DNA from: Chiloscyllium plagiosum
Lineage: Eukaryota
DNA length: 64,000 bases
Assembly: GCF_004010195.1 (NCBI RefSeq)
Contig: NC_057752.1
Coordinates: 4,021,872-4,085,871 of the forward strand
Direction: 5' to 3'
In this document: in pieces, positions 13,939-26,322 of the stretch
Layout of the letters: the number at the start of each line of letters is the position of its first letter
Numbering within the stretch: the stretch's first letter is position 1
The notes under the pieces: model-generated
What the model was told of the DNA's origin: nothing
The model's input: only the letters and a program-made list of their open reading frames with translations
Database searches by the model: none
Translations under genes and position numbers: made by a program

Positions 13939-14439
13939 CTCATTTGAATTGGTTCTGATATTTGGCCCAAAATAGGTCAGTCAGGATTCCAACTAATTCA
14001 GAATAACATTGGATTTGGCTGTGAATCCTGCAACTACTAAACAGTCAGTCAGTCAACGGTCACTGTGTGAGGGATTGGACTGTCATGAAATATGGTGTGA
14101 CAGTTAAGAGAGAAGAACATTGATGTACAGCTAAATTATGATTTATAAAGCAAATAATTAGAGAAATTGACTAAATGCTAGCATTTTCAACGTCTACTGA
14201 ATAAAGTTAATGAATCGATATTTAATTAATTCTGTCATTATTTACTGAGGTAAAAACTGAGAGGAATCATTTTAAAACGGGTGGCCGTATAGTTTTCTGT
14301 AAGATTGAAATTCTTGCACTTTATAACGTAAAATAACAGAAGAGTTATATTAGTTTACTTTAGTAGAAACCAATTTTGTCAAACTTGTAATCAAACACTT
14401 CCCATAATTTCTCAATACAACAAGAGTTATCTGGCAAAA

Positions 14440-14535
14440 TCAATTAATTTGTGTTGGAACGGACCCGGAACCTTTCGTCGTGGCCGCTTTGGTTGCGAAG
14501 AGCATGTTTCTGTGATGGACAGAAATGGCAGCCTC
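14440..14535 (+). promoter_or_regulatory. Probable TATA-less BCDIN3D promoter/5'UTR with ETS-type CCGGAA core
   Basis: CpG cluster directly upstream of the ATG; CCGGAA at 14465-14470; YY1-like AAATGGCAGC spanning the start codon. TSS is not determinable from sequence. Confidence 0.55.
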
Positions 14536-14734
14536 CACCCGCGAGGAGAGGCATGAACAAGTGAAGGTGGAAAATTATCAGTGTGAACCCGGAGCAGCAC
14601 TATATGGGAATTTCACTAACTATTATCGTTTTAACCCTCCAGGCGAGCGGCTACGACTCATTCCGGCCGTCGATTTATTGGAAGTGTTCCCGGGAGGAAG
14701 AGTGGTGGCGCTGGACGTGGGCTGTAACTGTGGG
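14525..14734 (+). CDS. BCDIN3D: BCDIN3D exon 1 (70 codons), RNA 5'-monophosphate methyltransferase
   Basis: MAAST...EPGAALYGNFTNYYRFNPP...VALDVGCNCG contains the Bin3-family GNFxNYY motif and SAM-binding motif I (LDVGCNxG). It ends at a phase-0 donor GGG|GTAGGA at 14734/14735 and is locally CpG-richer than its flanks. Confidence 0.95.
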
Positions 14735-16049
14735 GTAGGAGCCTACTCTAATAGGCCTGAGTGTTTCGTTTTAATCTAGTCAGCAATGACACCAGCATAC
14801 TGCTTCAAATAATGTCACATAATATGAAAAGTCGACTTTTGTCTAATTTGATAGTTTCAATATGCTTTAAAAACGCTATTCAGCCCTTGTTCCTACGATT
14901 GATTTTCTAATGTTACAGGCACTCACTAATGTTTTCTGCATTTTAATACTGTTGCCAGATCCATTTCGTGTCCCAGAGGTTAATCCTTCCAGAATAAACC
15001 AGATGTTGGAAGTTTGAAATGAAAACAGAAACTGTAGGCAAAACTCAGAGGTCTGGCAGTATTTGTAGAGAGAGAAAGCAAAGTTAACGTTTCGGGTCCA
15101 GTGACCCTTCTTCAGACATGCTGAGTTTCTTCAATAATTTCTACCTTTCTTAATCTTTCCACGTTGTGTTGGCATAATTCATCGCAACTCCCATCCTTTT
15201 ATCAATCAGTGACTTGTACTTTACAAATAACAAATTTTAGGGTACTGATGGATGTTTGCACTTCAAGTGGAAAAGTGGGACGACTTCACCACCACAATTG
15301 GTACAATATTTCATTGAAAGCCTGGCAGCAGTACTATGTTTAGTGTAGCAAACTGACATCGGATTTGTCGAAGTACAGAAGGAGCTCTGGGTAAAATTAA
15401 CTAATCCTTCAGTGGCAGTAAAAGTGTCAAGCTTGAACACAGACTTTGTACATAACAGTGGAGTTCAAGTTTTTGTCGTAGATTCTAGCATGTCCAGCTC
15501 TACTGGAAATTTGGCAAGTTGTGCTAGTTTCCAAAATGACTTTCATATGGCTGCACTTAATGCAGATTTCAATGATGTTTAATGCCATTGGGCATAATAC
15601 AGCACAGATGGAGACCATTTGGTTAAAGTCTATGCTCGTTCTTAGGAAGTTCAATCCAGTTAGTCCTGCTCTCCCACTCTTTCCCCACATCCCTTTGAGC
15701 TTTTCTGTTTCAATCCAATTCCCTTTTTTTTTAATCAGACTGTTCATTCCAAATCCAAACACTCATTGTGTTTAAAAAGGTTTTCTTTATTTTACTATTA
15801 TTTTCCCCCTTTGCAGGTGCAGAATGCCAACTCTGGGAAGCAGACTGCTTAGTCAATGTTTTACACTATTTGAATCAGGTGCTGGTATACCGGATTACAA
15901 ATCAATGCAGAGTATTCCCTTGCTCTGTCGCAAGCATGTGTTATTCTTCATGCTGAAAAAAAAACCAACCACTACCAATTCCAATACCCAAGCTAATCAG
16001 CTCCTTCCATGATTACTATAAACTGAATGAAACTGCTGATTTAGGGCAT

Positions 16050-16271
16050 CAAAGGTAGACAAGCAGGAGGCTGGAAGAACACAGCAAGCCAGGCAGCATC
16101 AGGAGGTGGAGAAGTCAACGTTTCAGGCGTAACCGTTCTTCAGTCCTGAAGAAGGGTTACTTCCGAAACGTTGACTTCTTTACCTCCTGATGCTGTCTGA
16201 CTTGCTGTGTTCTTCCAGCCTCCTGCTTGTCTACCTTGGATTCCAGCATCTGCAGTTTTTTTTGTCTCTAA
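16050..16271. mobile_element. Palindromic PLE terminal-repeat pair in the BCDIN3D intron
   Basis: aaggtagacaagcaggaggctggaagaacacagcaag... is mirrored by ...cttgctgtgttcttccagcctcctgcttgtctacctt. Two opposed CTGAAGA...GAAACGTT cores. Near-perfect TSD ctgattta(a)gggcat at 16036 and 16272. Confidence 0.75.
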
Positions 16272-16531
16272 CTGATTTAAGGGCATGGCATCCTTGCCCA
16301 CTGGAGTTCCAAATTAGGCCCCACTATGATCTCAGTGCCACTGACATCTGATGTACTTTTCCCTTCATTTAAATATTAGGATTTTCTTTTCCCCTGAAGG
16401 TTTGCTATTTTGCAGTTAACTTTAGCTCCAGTGCTATTATTCACCGCAACATTTCTGTAGCTACCAGTCTGCTCATCTCTCACTCCTTCATCTTTTGTCT
16501 CAGTAGCCATTAAAACCATTAGCTCTCTTGC

Positions 16532-16930
16532 TGTATAAAAACCAAAAGAATTACAGATGCTGTAAATCAAAAACAAAAACAGAAGTTGCTGGAAAAGTTC
16601 AGTAGGCCTGGCAGCATAGAGTCATGGAGATGTACAGCATGGAAGCAGACCCTTTGGTCCAACTTGTCCATGCCAACCAGAATATCCCAACCCAATCTAG
16701 TCGCACCTGCCAGCACTTGGCCCATATCCCTCTAAACCCTTCCTATTCATATACACATCCAAATGCCTCTTAAATGTTGTAATTGTATCAGCCTCCACCA
16801 CTTCCTCTGGCAGCTCATTCCATACAAGAACTACCCTCTGCGTGAAAAAGGTCCCAGACCTGAAATGTTAACTTTGATTGCTCTTCACAGATGCTGTCAG
16901 ACCTGCTGAGCTTTTCCAGCAACTTTTCTT
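16532..16930. mobile_element. Inverted PLE terminal-repeat pair with a nested HER1/CR1 3' end (16617-16850)
   Basis: 13-bp TSD ttagctctcttgc at 16519-16531 and 16931-16943; arms gttgctggaaaagttcag / ctgagcttttccagcaac. Confidence 0.7.
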
Positions 16931-18264
16931 TTAGCTCTCTTGCACTGATTGTTCACATGATACATCTTCCGTTACAGTTCACTTAAATCCAGAGGGCTCA
17001 GATTTGAGGGTTAATAGTGGACAATTGATTTAACCATTCACTGCCAGATTTGGTTGACCACCTAAAACACCTATTGGAGGAGTAAATTACTACAGATGCT
17101 GGAATTTTTACTGAAAACAACAAACACTGGAGATCACAGCGGGTCAGGCAGCATCCCTGGAGAGAGAGAGCAAGCTAACGTTTCGAGTGTAGATGACTCT
17201 TCAACAGAGTTGAAGTGAAGTGTGGAGGGGGCAGCATTTATGCAATAGTTGGGGGGTGGCGGTGGTGGAGAAAAGATTTTGATAGTTCAGTTTGTGATCA
17301 GAATGTGAGAATGGCAGAACAATGGTGTGTCTAACTGCCAGACTGGAAAGAGAAGGCACTGCAAGTGGGATTGGGGGAGGGGAGTTGCTGTCCATCTAAG
17401 GAGAAACATTGCTGAACACTCAGATTCTTGTCCTCGCACCCGTTTGTTAGCTGCCATTATCTCTCCTCAACTATTCTCTCCCCTCTCTTCACATGAGCTG
17501 GCATTAACCCCTCTGTCCTTGCAATTTATCACCCCATCTCCAACTTTCCTTTCTTCTGCCAAGTCCCTGAACGTGCTGTTTACTCTGAAATTAATGCCTT
17601 CTTTCTTGCAACTTGCATCTTTCAGTCAGGTTTCAGCCCACTCTGCAGCTATGAAACTATGGTTATCAAAGTCACAAATGACAACTTATGAGACCTTGAT
17701 GCACTCATTCCTCTTGGCCTCTACTTGACATAGCTAACCACAACATCTGCTCCAACATTCATTTTTTGTCCTGAGGTAGAATTAATTTTTCTTTGTTCCA
17801 TTCTGTTATCTAGGTATAGCCAGACAATCATCTACAATGGCTTCTCTTTCTGCACCATTTTCTCTGCTGTCCCCCAAGGATTTATCCTTTAAGTTCCTTT
17901 TGTTTTTAAGCTACATGCCACCCTTCAACCACATTTGAAAACACTGTTGGCTCCATGCATCTCCAGGGCTATCCAGCTATACTGCAATGTTTCTCCTACC
18001 TGTACTTCACCATCACTTTCCTCAGTCCATCGACTATTTCTGATTTGTCCTACCTCTTGGATTGCACTGAATGAGCAGAATTTTCTTTCGTATGCAACAT
18101 TAGAGAACTCTGAAGTCATTGTCTTTGGTCCTTGCTGCAATCTTCTGTTTTAGTTGTCAAATCTCTCTCTAACCTTGTGTGGCCCTGCAACTTTCCAAGA
18201 ACTCTGCGCTTCTCTATTTTTGCCTTTTGCACATCCTCTGATTTCAACTGCTCCATCATTAGTG

Positions 18265-18587
18265 GGCGGCATGGTGGCACAATGGTTAGCACTGCTGCCT
18301 CACAGCGCCAGAGACCCGGGTTCAATTCCCGCCTCAGGCGACTGACTGTGTGGAGTTTGCATGTTCTCCCCATGTCTGCGTGGGTTTCCTCCGGGTGCTC
18401 CGGTTTCCTCCCACAGTCCAAAGATGTGCAGGTCAGGTGAATTGGCCATGCTAAATTGCCCGTAGTGTTAGGTAAGGGGTAAATGTATGGGTGGGTTACG
18501 CTTCGGCGGGTCGGTGTGGACTTGTTGGGCCGAAGGGCCTGTTTCCACACTGTAATGTAATCTAATCTAATAATGTAATCTAATCTA
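18265..18587 (+). mobile_element. Near full-length HE1-like SINE
   Basis: A box tggcacaatggt, B box gggttcaattcc, conserved core, (taatct)n tail, and attagtg direct repeat on both sides. Confidence 0.9.
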
Positions 18588-18716
18588 ATTAGTGCCTGTC
18601 TTCAGCAAACCAGCCAATATGCACGTGCATTTCCTTTCTAAACCTCTCCACCTTTCACCTTTTTTAGATCTATCTCATTAACCAAACTTTTGGTCACCAT
18701 CTTATGATCTCTTCAT

Positions 18717-19320
18717 TTAGAGTCATAGAAATATACAGCATGGAAACAGACCCAGACGTTCAACTCGTCCATGCCGACCAGATATCCCAAACTAATCGAG
18801 TCCCATTTGCCAGTACTTGGTCCATATCTCTCTCAACCCTTCCTAATCATATACCCATCCAGATGCCTTTTAAATGTTGCAATTGTACCAGCCTCCACCA
18901 CTTCCTCTGGCAGCTCATTCCATATATGTACCACCCTCTGCATGAAAATGTTGCCCCTTAGGTCTCTTTTATATCTTTCCCCCTCACCCTAAACCTATGC
19001 CCTCTAGTTCTGGACTCCCCCAGCCCAGGGAAAAGACCTTGTCTATTTATCCTATCCATGCCCCTCATAATTTTGTAAACCTCTATAAGGTCACCCCTCA
19101 GCCTCCGACATTCCAGGGAAAACAGCCCCAGCCTATTCAGCCTCTCCCTATAGCTCAAACCCTCCAACCCTGGCAACATCCTTGTTAATGTTTTCTGAGC
19201 CCTTTCAAGTTTCACAACATCCTGCCGATAGGAAGAAGACCAGAATTGCATGCAATATTCCAACGACCTAACCGACGTCCTGTACAGCCGTAACATGACA
19301 TCCCGACTCCTGTACTCTGA
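18717..19320 (-). mobile_element. HER1/CR1 LINE 3' fragment
   Basis: ORF 18958-19419(-) reads EYRSRDVMLRLY...LERAQKTLTRMLPGLEGLSYRERLNRLGLFSLECRRLRGDLIEVYKIMRG...TRGHRFRVRG. Confidence 0.9.
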
Positions 19321-19543
19321 CCAATTTCCGTTAGTGTTAAATATTGTTTGATATCCCCTGTGAAGTGCCTGCAACATTTTATTATGTGAACGGTGCTTGT
19401 TTGTAATGTGAGACACCAAGAAGGTAACTAAAATTCAACTTGCTCATAAGTCATAAACTCAGTTTTAAATGTTGCCCTTTTGTGGACGTTCTTGCTTTAA
19501 GATCTATAAGTTTTTTCAAACTCTGTCCAAATGCCTTCCTCAG

Positions 19544-20125
19544 GATTTCAGCGTTGCCGTGTACAAACATCTTTATGATCTAACGGAAAACCGGATGTGG
19601 ATTTCCCCAGATAGACTGGACCTGAAGCTACTTGGTTGTGACATCGATCCTGACCTGATTCGAAGAGCCACTGAATCCAATTCCTTTCCTGAATCCATTT
19701 CGTATGCTACTCTGGATGTCATGGATTCTGCTTCCCGCGAGGCCGTATTAAAGTCTTACTTGGAGAAATTAGACCGTACTTCTTTTGATATTTGCTTTTG
19801 TATGTCCGTGACAATGTGGATCCATCTCAATCATGGTGACCAGGGGCTACTGGATTTCCTCCTGTATGTTTCAGGACTTTGCAAAGCTTTACTGATTGAA
19901 CCACAACCCTGGAAGTGCTACCGAGCTGCAGCCCGCAGGCTGCGCAAGCTGGGCAAAAGCAGATTTAACCACTTCAGTACACTCTCTATTAAAGGGGATA
20001 TGGCCCACAAGATTCAGCAGTTCCTGACAACTGACTGCAATATGGAACTAGTCAGGTGTTTTGGGAGCACCAATTGGGACAGGAGTTTACTGCTTTTTAA
20101 AAAACGTTCCTTGAGCCAAGAATGA
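19544..20125 (+). CDS. BCDIN3D: BCDIN3D exon 2 (193 aa + stop)
   Basis: The acceptor ccttcctcag|GAT is in phase 0, matching exon 1. It encodes DFSVAVYKHL...LLGCDIDPDLI...CMSVTMWIHLNHGDQGL...LLIEPQPWKCYRAAARRLRKLG...FGSTNWDRSLLLF, the Bin3 domain signature. Spliced product is 263 aa. Confidence 0.95.
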   Translation, partial: DFSVAVYKHLYDLTENRMWISPDRLDLKLLGCDIDPDLIRRATESNSFPESISYATLDVMDSASREAVLKSYLEKLDRTSFDICFCMSVTMWIHLNHGDQGLLDFLLYVSGLCKALLIEPQPWKCYRAAARRLRKLGKSRFNHFSTLSIKGDMAHKIQQFLTTDCNMELVRCFGSTNWDRSLLLFKKRSLSQE

Positions 20126-20182
20126 ATAAACCGAATATTTCTAGTAGTTGACGAAGCATTTTATTTTGCATTTAAAATTAAA
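20125..20182 (+). terminator. Candidate polyadenylation signals of BCDIN3D
   Basis: AATAAA at 20125-20130 overlaps the TGA stop; ATTAAA at 20177-20182 is followed by T-rich sequence. Confidence 0.5.
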
Positions 20183-21422
20183 ATCTTTTATAAAACTACA
20201 CTAAACAGTCTGTTTTTAATGGTCTTGGCTGAATTTGTTATCGATGAAGCTAAGCATTGTCATTGGTATGTAAAGTACACAGATGTTGGAAATCTGAAAT
20301 GTAAACAAAGTCCTGGCATCAGTGGCGAAAGAAGCAGTTAATGTTTTGAGCCCATCAAGACTTCTTGGTTCAAAACAGTCATATTGGACTGAATGTTAAC
20401 TCTGTTTCTCTCTGCAGATGTTGCAAGAACTGTTGAATTTCTGCAAAACTTGATTTACTTCATTCTCACTGGTTCAAGTGTCACAATTTCCAGGTTAGTG
20501 AGAGTGTTATCCAGCCATACTGCAATGTTTTTCCTGCATTAACCCATAAAATTAACTTCTCTCAGCCCGACTCCTGGTCATTTTCACAATTTATCTTCCT
20601 TGCATCAGTGTTGTTCTTGTTTTGCTGACCAACCTGTGTGCGTGTGACACTGCAATGCAGATTGGAATTACAGAAACAGGGTGTTTGGCTCAACCAGTCC
20701 ATTTTATGTTAATGTGTGACCCATGTCACCTCTTCTTTCCCCATCCCTTATTCTCTTTTTAATTTAATTTGGTTGGGGCTCTGATCTCTTCAGTATATAG
20801 AGTAATTTTATCTTTTGGTATTTGTGCCTATTGTTTTCATTCTAGCTGTTAGTAATACTGGACAAATCAGATCCCAGATTGGAAACTGGTTTGATAGGTC
20901 ACATATTTAATTTTTTTTAGTTAGTTGGCATGGTGGGTAGTTACTGAAACATATTCACATGATGCTTGCAGATGTTCTTTAACATCAGAATATAAGTTAA
21001 TGACACAGAATAGAAAGTAAACCAAAAGATAAAGCAATTTCGAAAGATCTCAGTATAAAGTTTCAATCTGTTTTACAACATAATCCATTACAGAGACTTC
21101 AGTCCAGAAAAACTAAATTGTTATCTCGACTCTTTAAAGTATCTACTGTACTGACTCCTTCCAGTTTCTCTTCCATGGAATGCAGGAATAATTTTACGAT
21201 TGCTTTCTCAGTCTGCGGGCATAAACAGTTCACAATTCTGAGGCCTAAACATTTTCAGTTCTAACAACTTGAACTATCTATCTAAGCCCTCCTGGCTTAC
21301 AACGTCCACAGAATAGAAACCACTTCTGCTGAAGTGCTAGGATCTCCTAAACTGAACTGAACTGGAAGAAACTTGATTCCTCTGCTATTAGTAGGTAAAA
21401 ACAAAGCTACCTTTGTTCTGTT

Positions 21423-22940
21423 CCTCCTCATCTGCTCAGATGAGGAGGAACGTGATGGGCACCTGGAAGTACTCAGGGATGCCCTCACAAGAACAGGGTA
21501 CAATGCTCAACTCATCGACTGCCAGTTCCGACATGACACAGCAAGGAACCGTAATGACCACCTTAGGAGACAGACGCGCTGCAACCAACAGGGTACCCTT
21601 CGTTGTTCAGTACTTCCCAGGAGCTGAAAAACTACGCCATGTTCTTTGTGACCTGCAACACATTATCAATGAAGATAAGCACCTCGCCAAGACCTTCCCC
21701 ACACCTCCACTGCCTGCCTTTAAACAACTGCCAAACCTCAAACAGATCATTGTTCATAGCAAGCTGCCCAGCTCTCAGGACAACTCCATACAACCCTGTC
21801 ACGGTAGGCGCTGCAAGACGTGTCAGAGTGGAGACATGGATACCACCATTACACGTGGGGACACCTCCCACCTTGTACGTGGTGGTACTCATGTGACTCA
21901 GCCAACGTTGTCTATCTTATACGTTGCAGGCGAGGATGCTCTGAGGTATGGTACATTGGGGAAACCGAGCAAAGGCTACGACAACGGATGAATGAGCACC
22001 GCACAACAACCAACAGACAGGAGTGTTCCCCCTCAGTTGGGGAACACTTCAGTGGTCCAGGATATTTGACTTCGGACCTTCGGGTGACCATCCTCCAAGG
22101 TGGACTTTGGGACAGGCAGTAGCGAAAAGTGGCCGAGCAGAGGCTGATAGCTAAGTTCGGTACCCATAGGGAGGGCCTCAACCGGGACCTTGGGTTCATG
22201 TCACATTACAGGTGACCACACAGAAACTCCTACACACACACACTCACACATAGGCACTCCTATACACAGACACCCACACCGACACACACACTCCCACACT
22301 CTCACATGCACCCCCTCACAGACTTAAGATACTGTACACTCACTACACACACATATACACTCTTTCACACTCACAACCCCCAACCCAGACAGACAGACAC
22401 ACACACAGACAGACACAAAGACCCACATGCAAACATATATTTCGTGGGGTGAATTTGTACTTGCAGAGTTACATTGTACTTTGCTCAAAAACTGCATGAA
22501 TTTATGTACAACTCTGTAATCGCACTTTTTAGATTAGAATCAATCTAAACATCATGGCATAGACAGAGAACACAGGGGGCTAACACCTTCAACATATTGT
22601 CTAGCTAACATCAATTGTTACAACTAACCTGAGAATGCAACTTTTAAAAAAAGAGTTTTGTGATTTACACATGAAAGAAGTGAAACTATCATGGTATTCG
22701 AACAGATGAAAGACTCCACAGACAATCAAGGTATTTTTCAATGTGTAATTTCAGTTACATCACACTGTAAATTCTTGCTATAAATTCTGTGCCTTACAAT
22801 TGTGTCCTCCACTATCAACTGATGAAGGAGCGGCGCTCCGAAAGCTAGTGTGCTTCCAATTAAACCTGTTAGACTATAACCTGGTGTTGTATGATTTTTA
22901 AGTTTGTACACCCCAGTCCAACACCGGCATCTCCAAATCA
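21423..22940 (+). mobile_element. 5'-truncated Penelope-like element (RT C-terminus + GIY-YIG endonuclease, CA-rich 3' region, hammerhead at 22816-22850)
   Basis: Frameshifted ORFs ...RVPFVVQYFPG...PCHGRRCKTC...SANVVYLIRCRRGCSEVWYIGETEQRLRQRMNEHR (GIY-YIG). 11-bp TSD tttgttctgtt at 21412-21422 and 22941-22951. Confidence 0.9.
22232..22435 (+). repeat. Imperfect (CA)n-rich tract within the PLE
   Basis: Interrupted cacacaca/cagaca runs. Confidence 0.8.
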
Positions 22941-24154
22941 TTTGTTCTGTTTGCTCTTCTTGTGATAAACTGAACAGTATAAACATTTTATCAGTTAACA
23001 CCACAGGGGTCCACCGAGGCACTTGACTGCAGTTGTGTGTCATTAGATCTGATGTACATGGGTCACTCTCTAAATTAGTCACTTCTTGTTGGGGGGTGAG
23101 CAACACCTCTTGGTGAGGGTTGAATCTAGCAACATCTGTTGTGAGCTTGTGGATGCAAGCCTGAGGAAGAAATTGTCCTCCACAAATTTTAGAAATCATG
23201 CTACCTTTTCCCTCTTTACTCCCAATCCCGACCAATGAACAGATAATTAAAATCTTTCAGAACAATAATATTTCAACTCCTCTTGATTTGTATCCAAATT
23301 TCCCACCCATAATCTATGGCTCTTGAACAATCCCAACTAGACTAACCATCTCTTTGTACCTTTTGATCTCTTTAGTGTACATCTTTTCTATAATTGGCAC
23401 TTCTCTCTAAGTCAGATGATTTATAGATTCGAGTCTCACTGAAACCCGTTCAGCACAGAAATCTGTGTTGTCACTGCTGTGCCGTAAAGGAGAGCTGCAC
23501 TGTTGAAGATGCCATCTTTTGAAAGAGATGTTAAACTGAGGCTCTATCTGCCCTTTTGGATGGGAACTTAAGTTAAAATCAAAGATTGGCAAAAGCTTCA
23601 GGTGTTCTGAGCAATGTTTTTTCTCCAATTAGAGTTGGATAGAAACCGATTACCTGTTCAGTTTACATGTTGCTGTTTGTGGGGTAACAACTTCACTTGT
23701 ATCACACTGTCAATGTAGTAAAACATTCTAAGATGCTTAATAGGACAAAGCTTTACAAAAGCGACATTAGAATACCATAGGTTCGGTCAAAGAGATTTTA
23801 AGGAGCATCTGAAAAGAGAGAGAGCAGTGGACTGGTTTAGTAAGGGAGTTCCAGAATTTGGGACCTAAGTCAGCTGAAGATTATCGGTGGTGGGGTAAAG
23901 TATACTTTGGATGTTTGACAGGACAAACTTACCCATTCCCTGATAGGTTATAGAGCTAGAGGAGAGATTGATGAGGCCAGGAAGACTTTGAAGACGGGAT
24001 GGGAATTTTAAATTTGAGGTGTTGGTGGACAAGGAGCCAATATTAGTCAGCAAGCAAGGGAAAAATAAATGTGTGACTGGGGCTTGTTGCAAATTGGGAT
24101 GTAAACAGCAAAGGTTTGGATGAGTTGAGGGAGTCAAGAGGTGAGTTACTTGTA

Positions 24155-25260
24155 GTATTCCTAGCTTCTGACCAGCTCTTGTGTTTATATGGCAAGTTCA
24201 GCTGAGCTTCTGGTCAAGGGTAACTTCTAGATGTTAATAGTGCGGGATTCAGTGATGTAACATCATTGAATTCATAGAGCAGTGCTTAGATTCTGTCTTA
24301 TTGGTGATACTCATAGCCTAGCATTTATGTGACACAAATGTTAATTGCCACTGTCAGCCCAAGCCTGGATATTGTCCAGATCTTGTTGCATTTGAACATG
24401 GACTGCTTCAGTATCTATGCAGTTGTGAATGGTACTGAACATTGTGCAATCAATAGCGAACATCCCCACTTCCGACCTTATGATAGAGGGAAGGTTATTG
24501 ATGAAGCAGCTGAAGATGGTTGGGCCTAGGACACTACCCTGAGGAACTCCTGCAGAGATGTCCTGGAGCTGAGATGACTGACCTTCAACAACCACAGTCA
24601 TCTTCGTATGTGTCAGGTATGACTCCAACCACTGGAGAGCTTGCCCCTGATACCCATTGATTCCAGTTTTGCTCGGGTTCCTTGATGTCACACTTGGTCA
24701 ATGCAGCCTTGATGCCAAGGGCTGTCACTCCCCTCCCCTCTGGAATTCAGCTCTTTTGTCCATGTTTGAACCAAGGCTGTAATGAGGTCAGGAGCTGAGT
24801 GACCCTGGTGGAACCCAAACTGGGTGTCACTGAGCAGGTTATTGCTGAGCAGGTGCTGCTTAATAGCACTGTGGATGGCACCTTCCATCACATTACTCAT
24901 GATCAAGGGTAGACTGACAGGGTGATAATTGGCCGGGTTTGATTTGTCCTGCACTTTTTTCGTGTACAAGGCATACATGGACAATTTTCCACATTGTCAG
25001 GTAGATGGAAATGTAACTGTACTGGAAGAGATTGGCCAGGGGAGTGACAAGTTCTGGAGCACAAATCTTCAGTCCTATTACTGGAATGTTCTCAGCACCC
25101 TTTGTGGTATCCAGTGTCTCCAACCATTTCTTGATATCATGTGGAGTGAATCAAAGTGGCTGAAGACTGGTATCTGTAATGCTGGGGACCACTGGAAGAG
25201 GCAGAGATAGATCATCCACTGAGCATTTCTGGCTGAAAATTGTTGAGAATGCTTCAATCT
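24155..25260 (-). mobile_element. CR1/L2-clade LINE reverse transcriptase fragment
   Basis: KSNPANYHPVSL...QFGFHQGHSAPDL...QWLESYL...SAGVPQGSVLGPTIFSCFINNLP...MQQDLDNIQAWA, split by frameshifts. Confidence 0.9.
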
Positions 25261-26110
25261 GCTGCTGGCAGATTGGTAAAGGTGAGGTCAAGTATTTTTT
25301 TTTCCCTCAGCAACTGCTGTGGACCCTTTCTAGCAACTATGTCCTTGAGGACAAACCAGCTGTGGAGACTGGACTGTCAAAGTCCTAACAACAGCTGTTG
25401 AGAGTGGTGACCTAGCTCTGTTGTTAAGTGTCTGTACATTCCAAATTTGATTCTTAGTAAGAATTGAAACTTCCATAGACCTACTCAGGCTATGTCTGAT
25501 TTTTGTTTTGTTTACATTACCCTAGCATGTCTCTCCCATGTGTCAGTTTATTTTTAAATGCAAGTTGCTTGAGAATCAAGATGTTTGACTGAGTTGAAAG
25601 AAAAAACTTACATTTATATAACACTTTAACATAGCGCAATGTCCCAAGGCACCTCACAACCACCCAAGGTCTAGTAATATAATTGTAGTATTTGCTTAAC
25701 TGATCAGTTCTGTCTTTATTCATCAAAATTGTAGCTTCTTGTCCACATCAACAACACCGGACTCTGGAGTGGCAAAGATTCAAACTGTCAGCATTTGCTG
25801 TCCTTACCTGTCTGAAATTGACAGTAACGTCCGGAATTTCTGACGTGCAAGTAAATGGGCAAATCCAGAAATTGCTGCCAGTGATTCTATGCTTCACTCT
25901 GCAGTTTTGAGATTGTCCACCAGACTGCAATCAATTAGAAATTGCATACTGTCGCTGTAAACACCCTTGAAAAAGTTATACCTTGTCGAATGAGATGTAA
26001 CTGGGATTTCAACAGCATTAGTACTGCTAAATATCTTCACTGACCCCACAAAACTAATTTTATATTTATGAAACTTCTGCATTACATTGAATAAAAGTAA
26101 TCTTTTTTTA

Positions 26111-26322
26111 AGATTTGGAGATGCTGGTGTTGGACTGGGGTGTACAAAGTTAAAAATCACACAACACCAAGTTATAGTCCAACAGGTTTAATTGGAAGCA
26201 CTAGCTTTCAGAGCGCCGCTCCTTCATTAGGTGGTTGTCACACCTGATGAAGGAGCGTCGCTCCGAAAGCTAGTGCTTCCAATTAAACCTATTGGACAAT
26301 AACCTGGTGTTGTGTGATTTTT
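26111..26322. mobile_element. Palindromic PLE terminal-repeat pair with hammerhead motif at 26241-26275
   Basis: aaaatcacacaacaccaagttatagtccaacagg... is mirrored around ~26237. cac-CTGATGA-a-ggagcg-t-cgctcc-GAAAGCTA-gtg. Confidence 0.8.

Noticed and set aside
1..14400. Expected FAIM2 exons upstream of BCDIN3D (human synteny)
   Set aside because: No Bax-inhibitor-1-family coding sequence was recognised in any frame examined.
14735..14779. Tail of the 84-aa ORF (VGAYSNRPECFVLI)
   Set aside because: Intron sequence beyond the donor at 14735.
19469..19543. N-terminal extension of the 218-aa ORF (MLPFCGRSCF...)
   Set aside because: Intronic read-through upstream of the acceptor at 19543; BCDIN3D homology starts at DFSVA.
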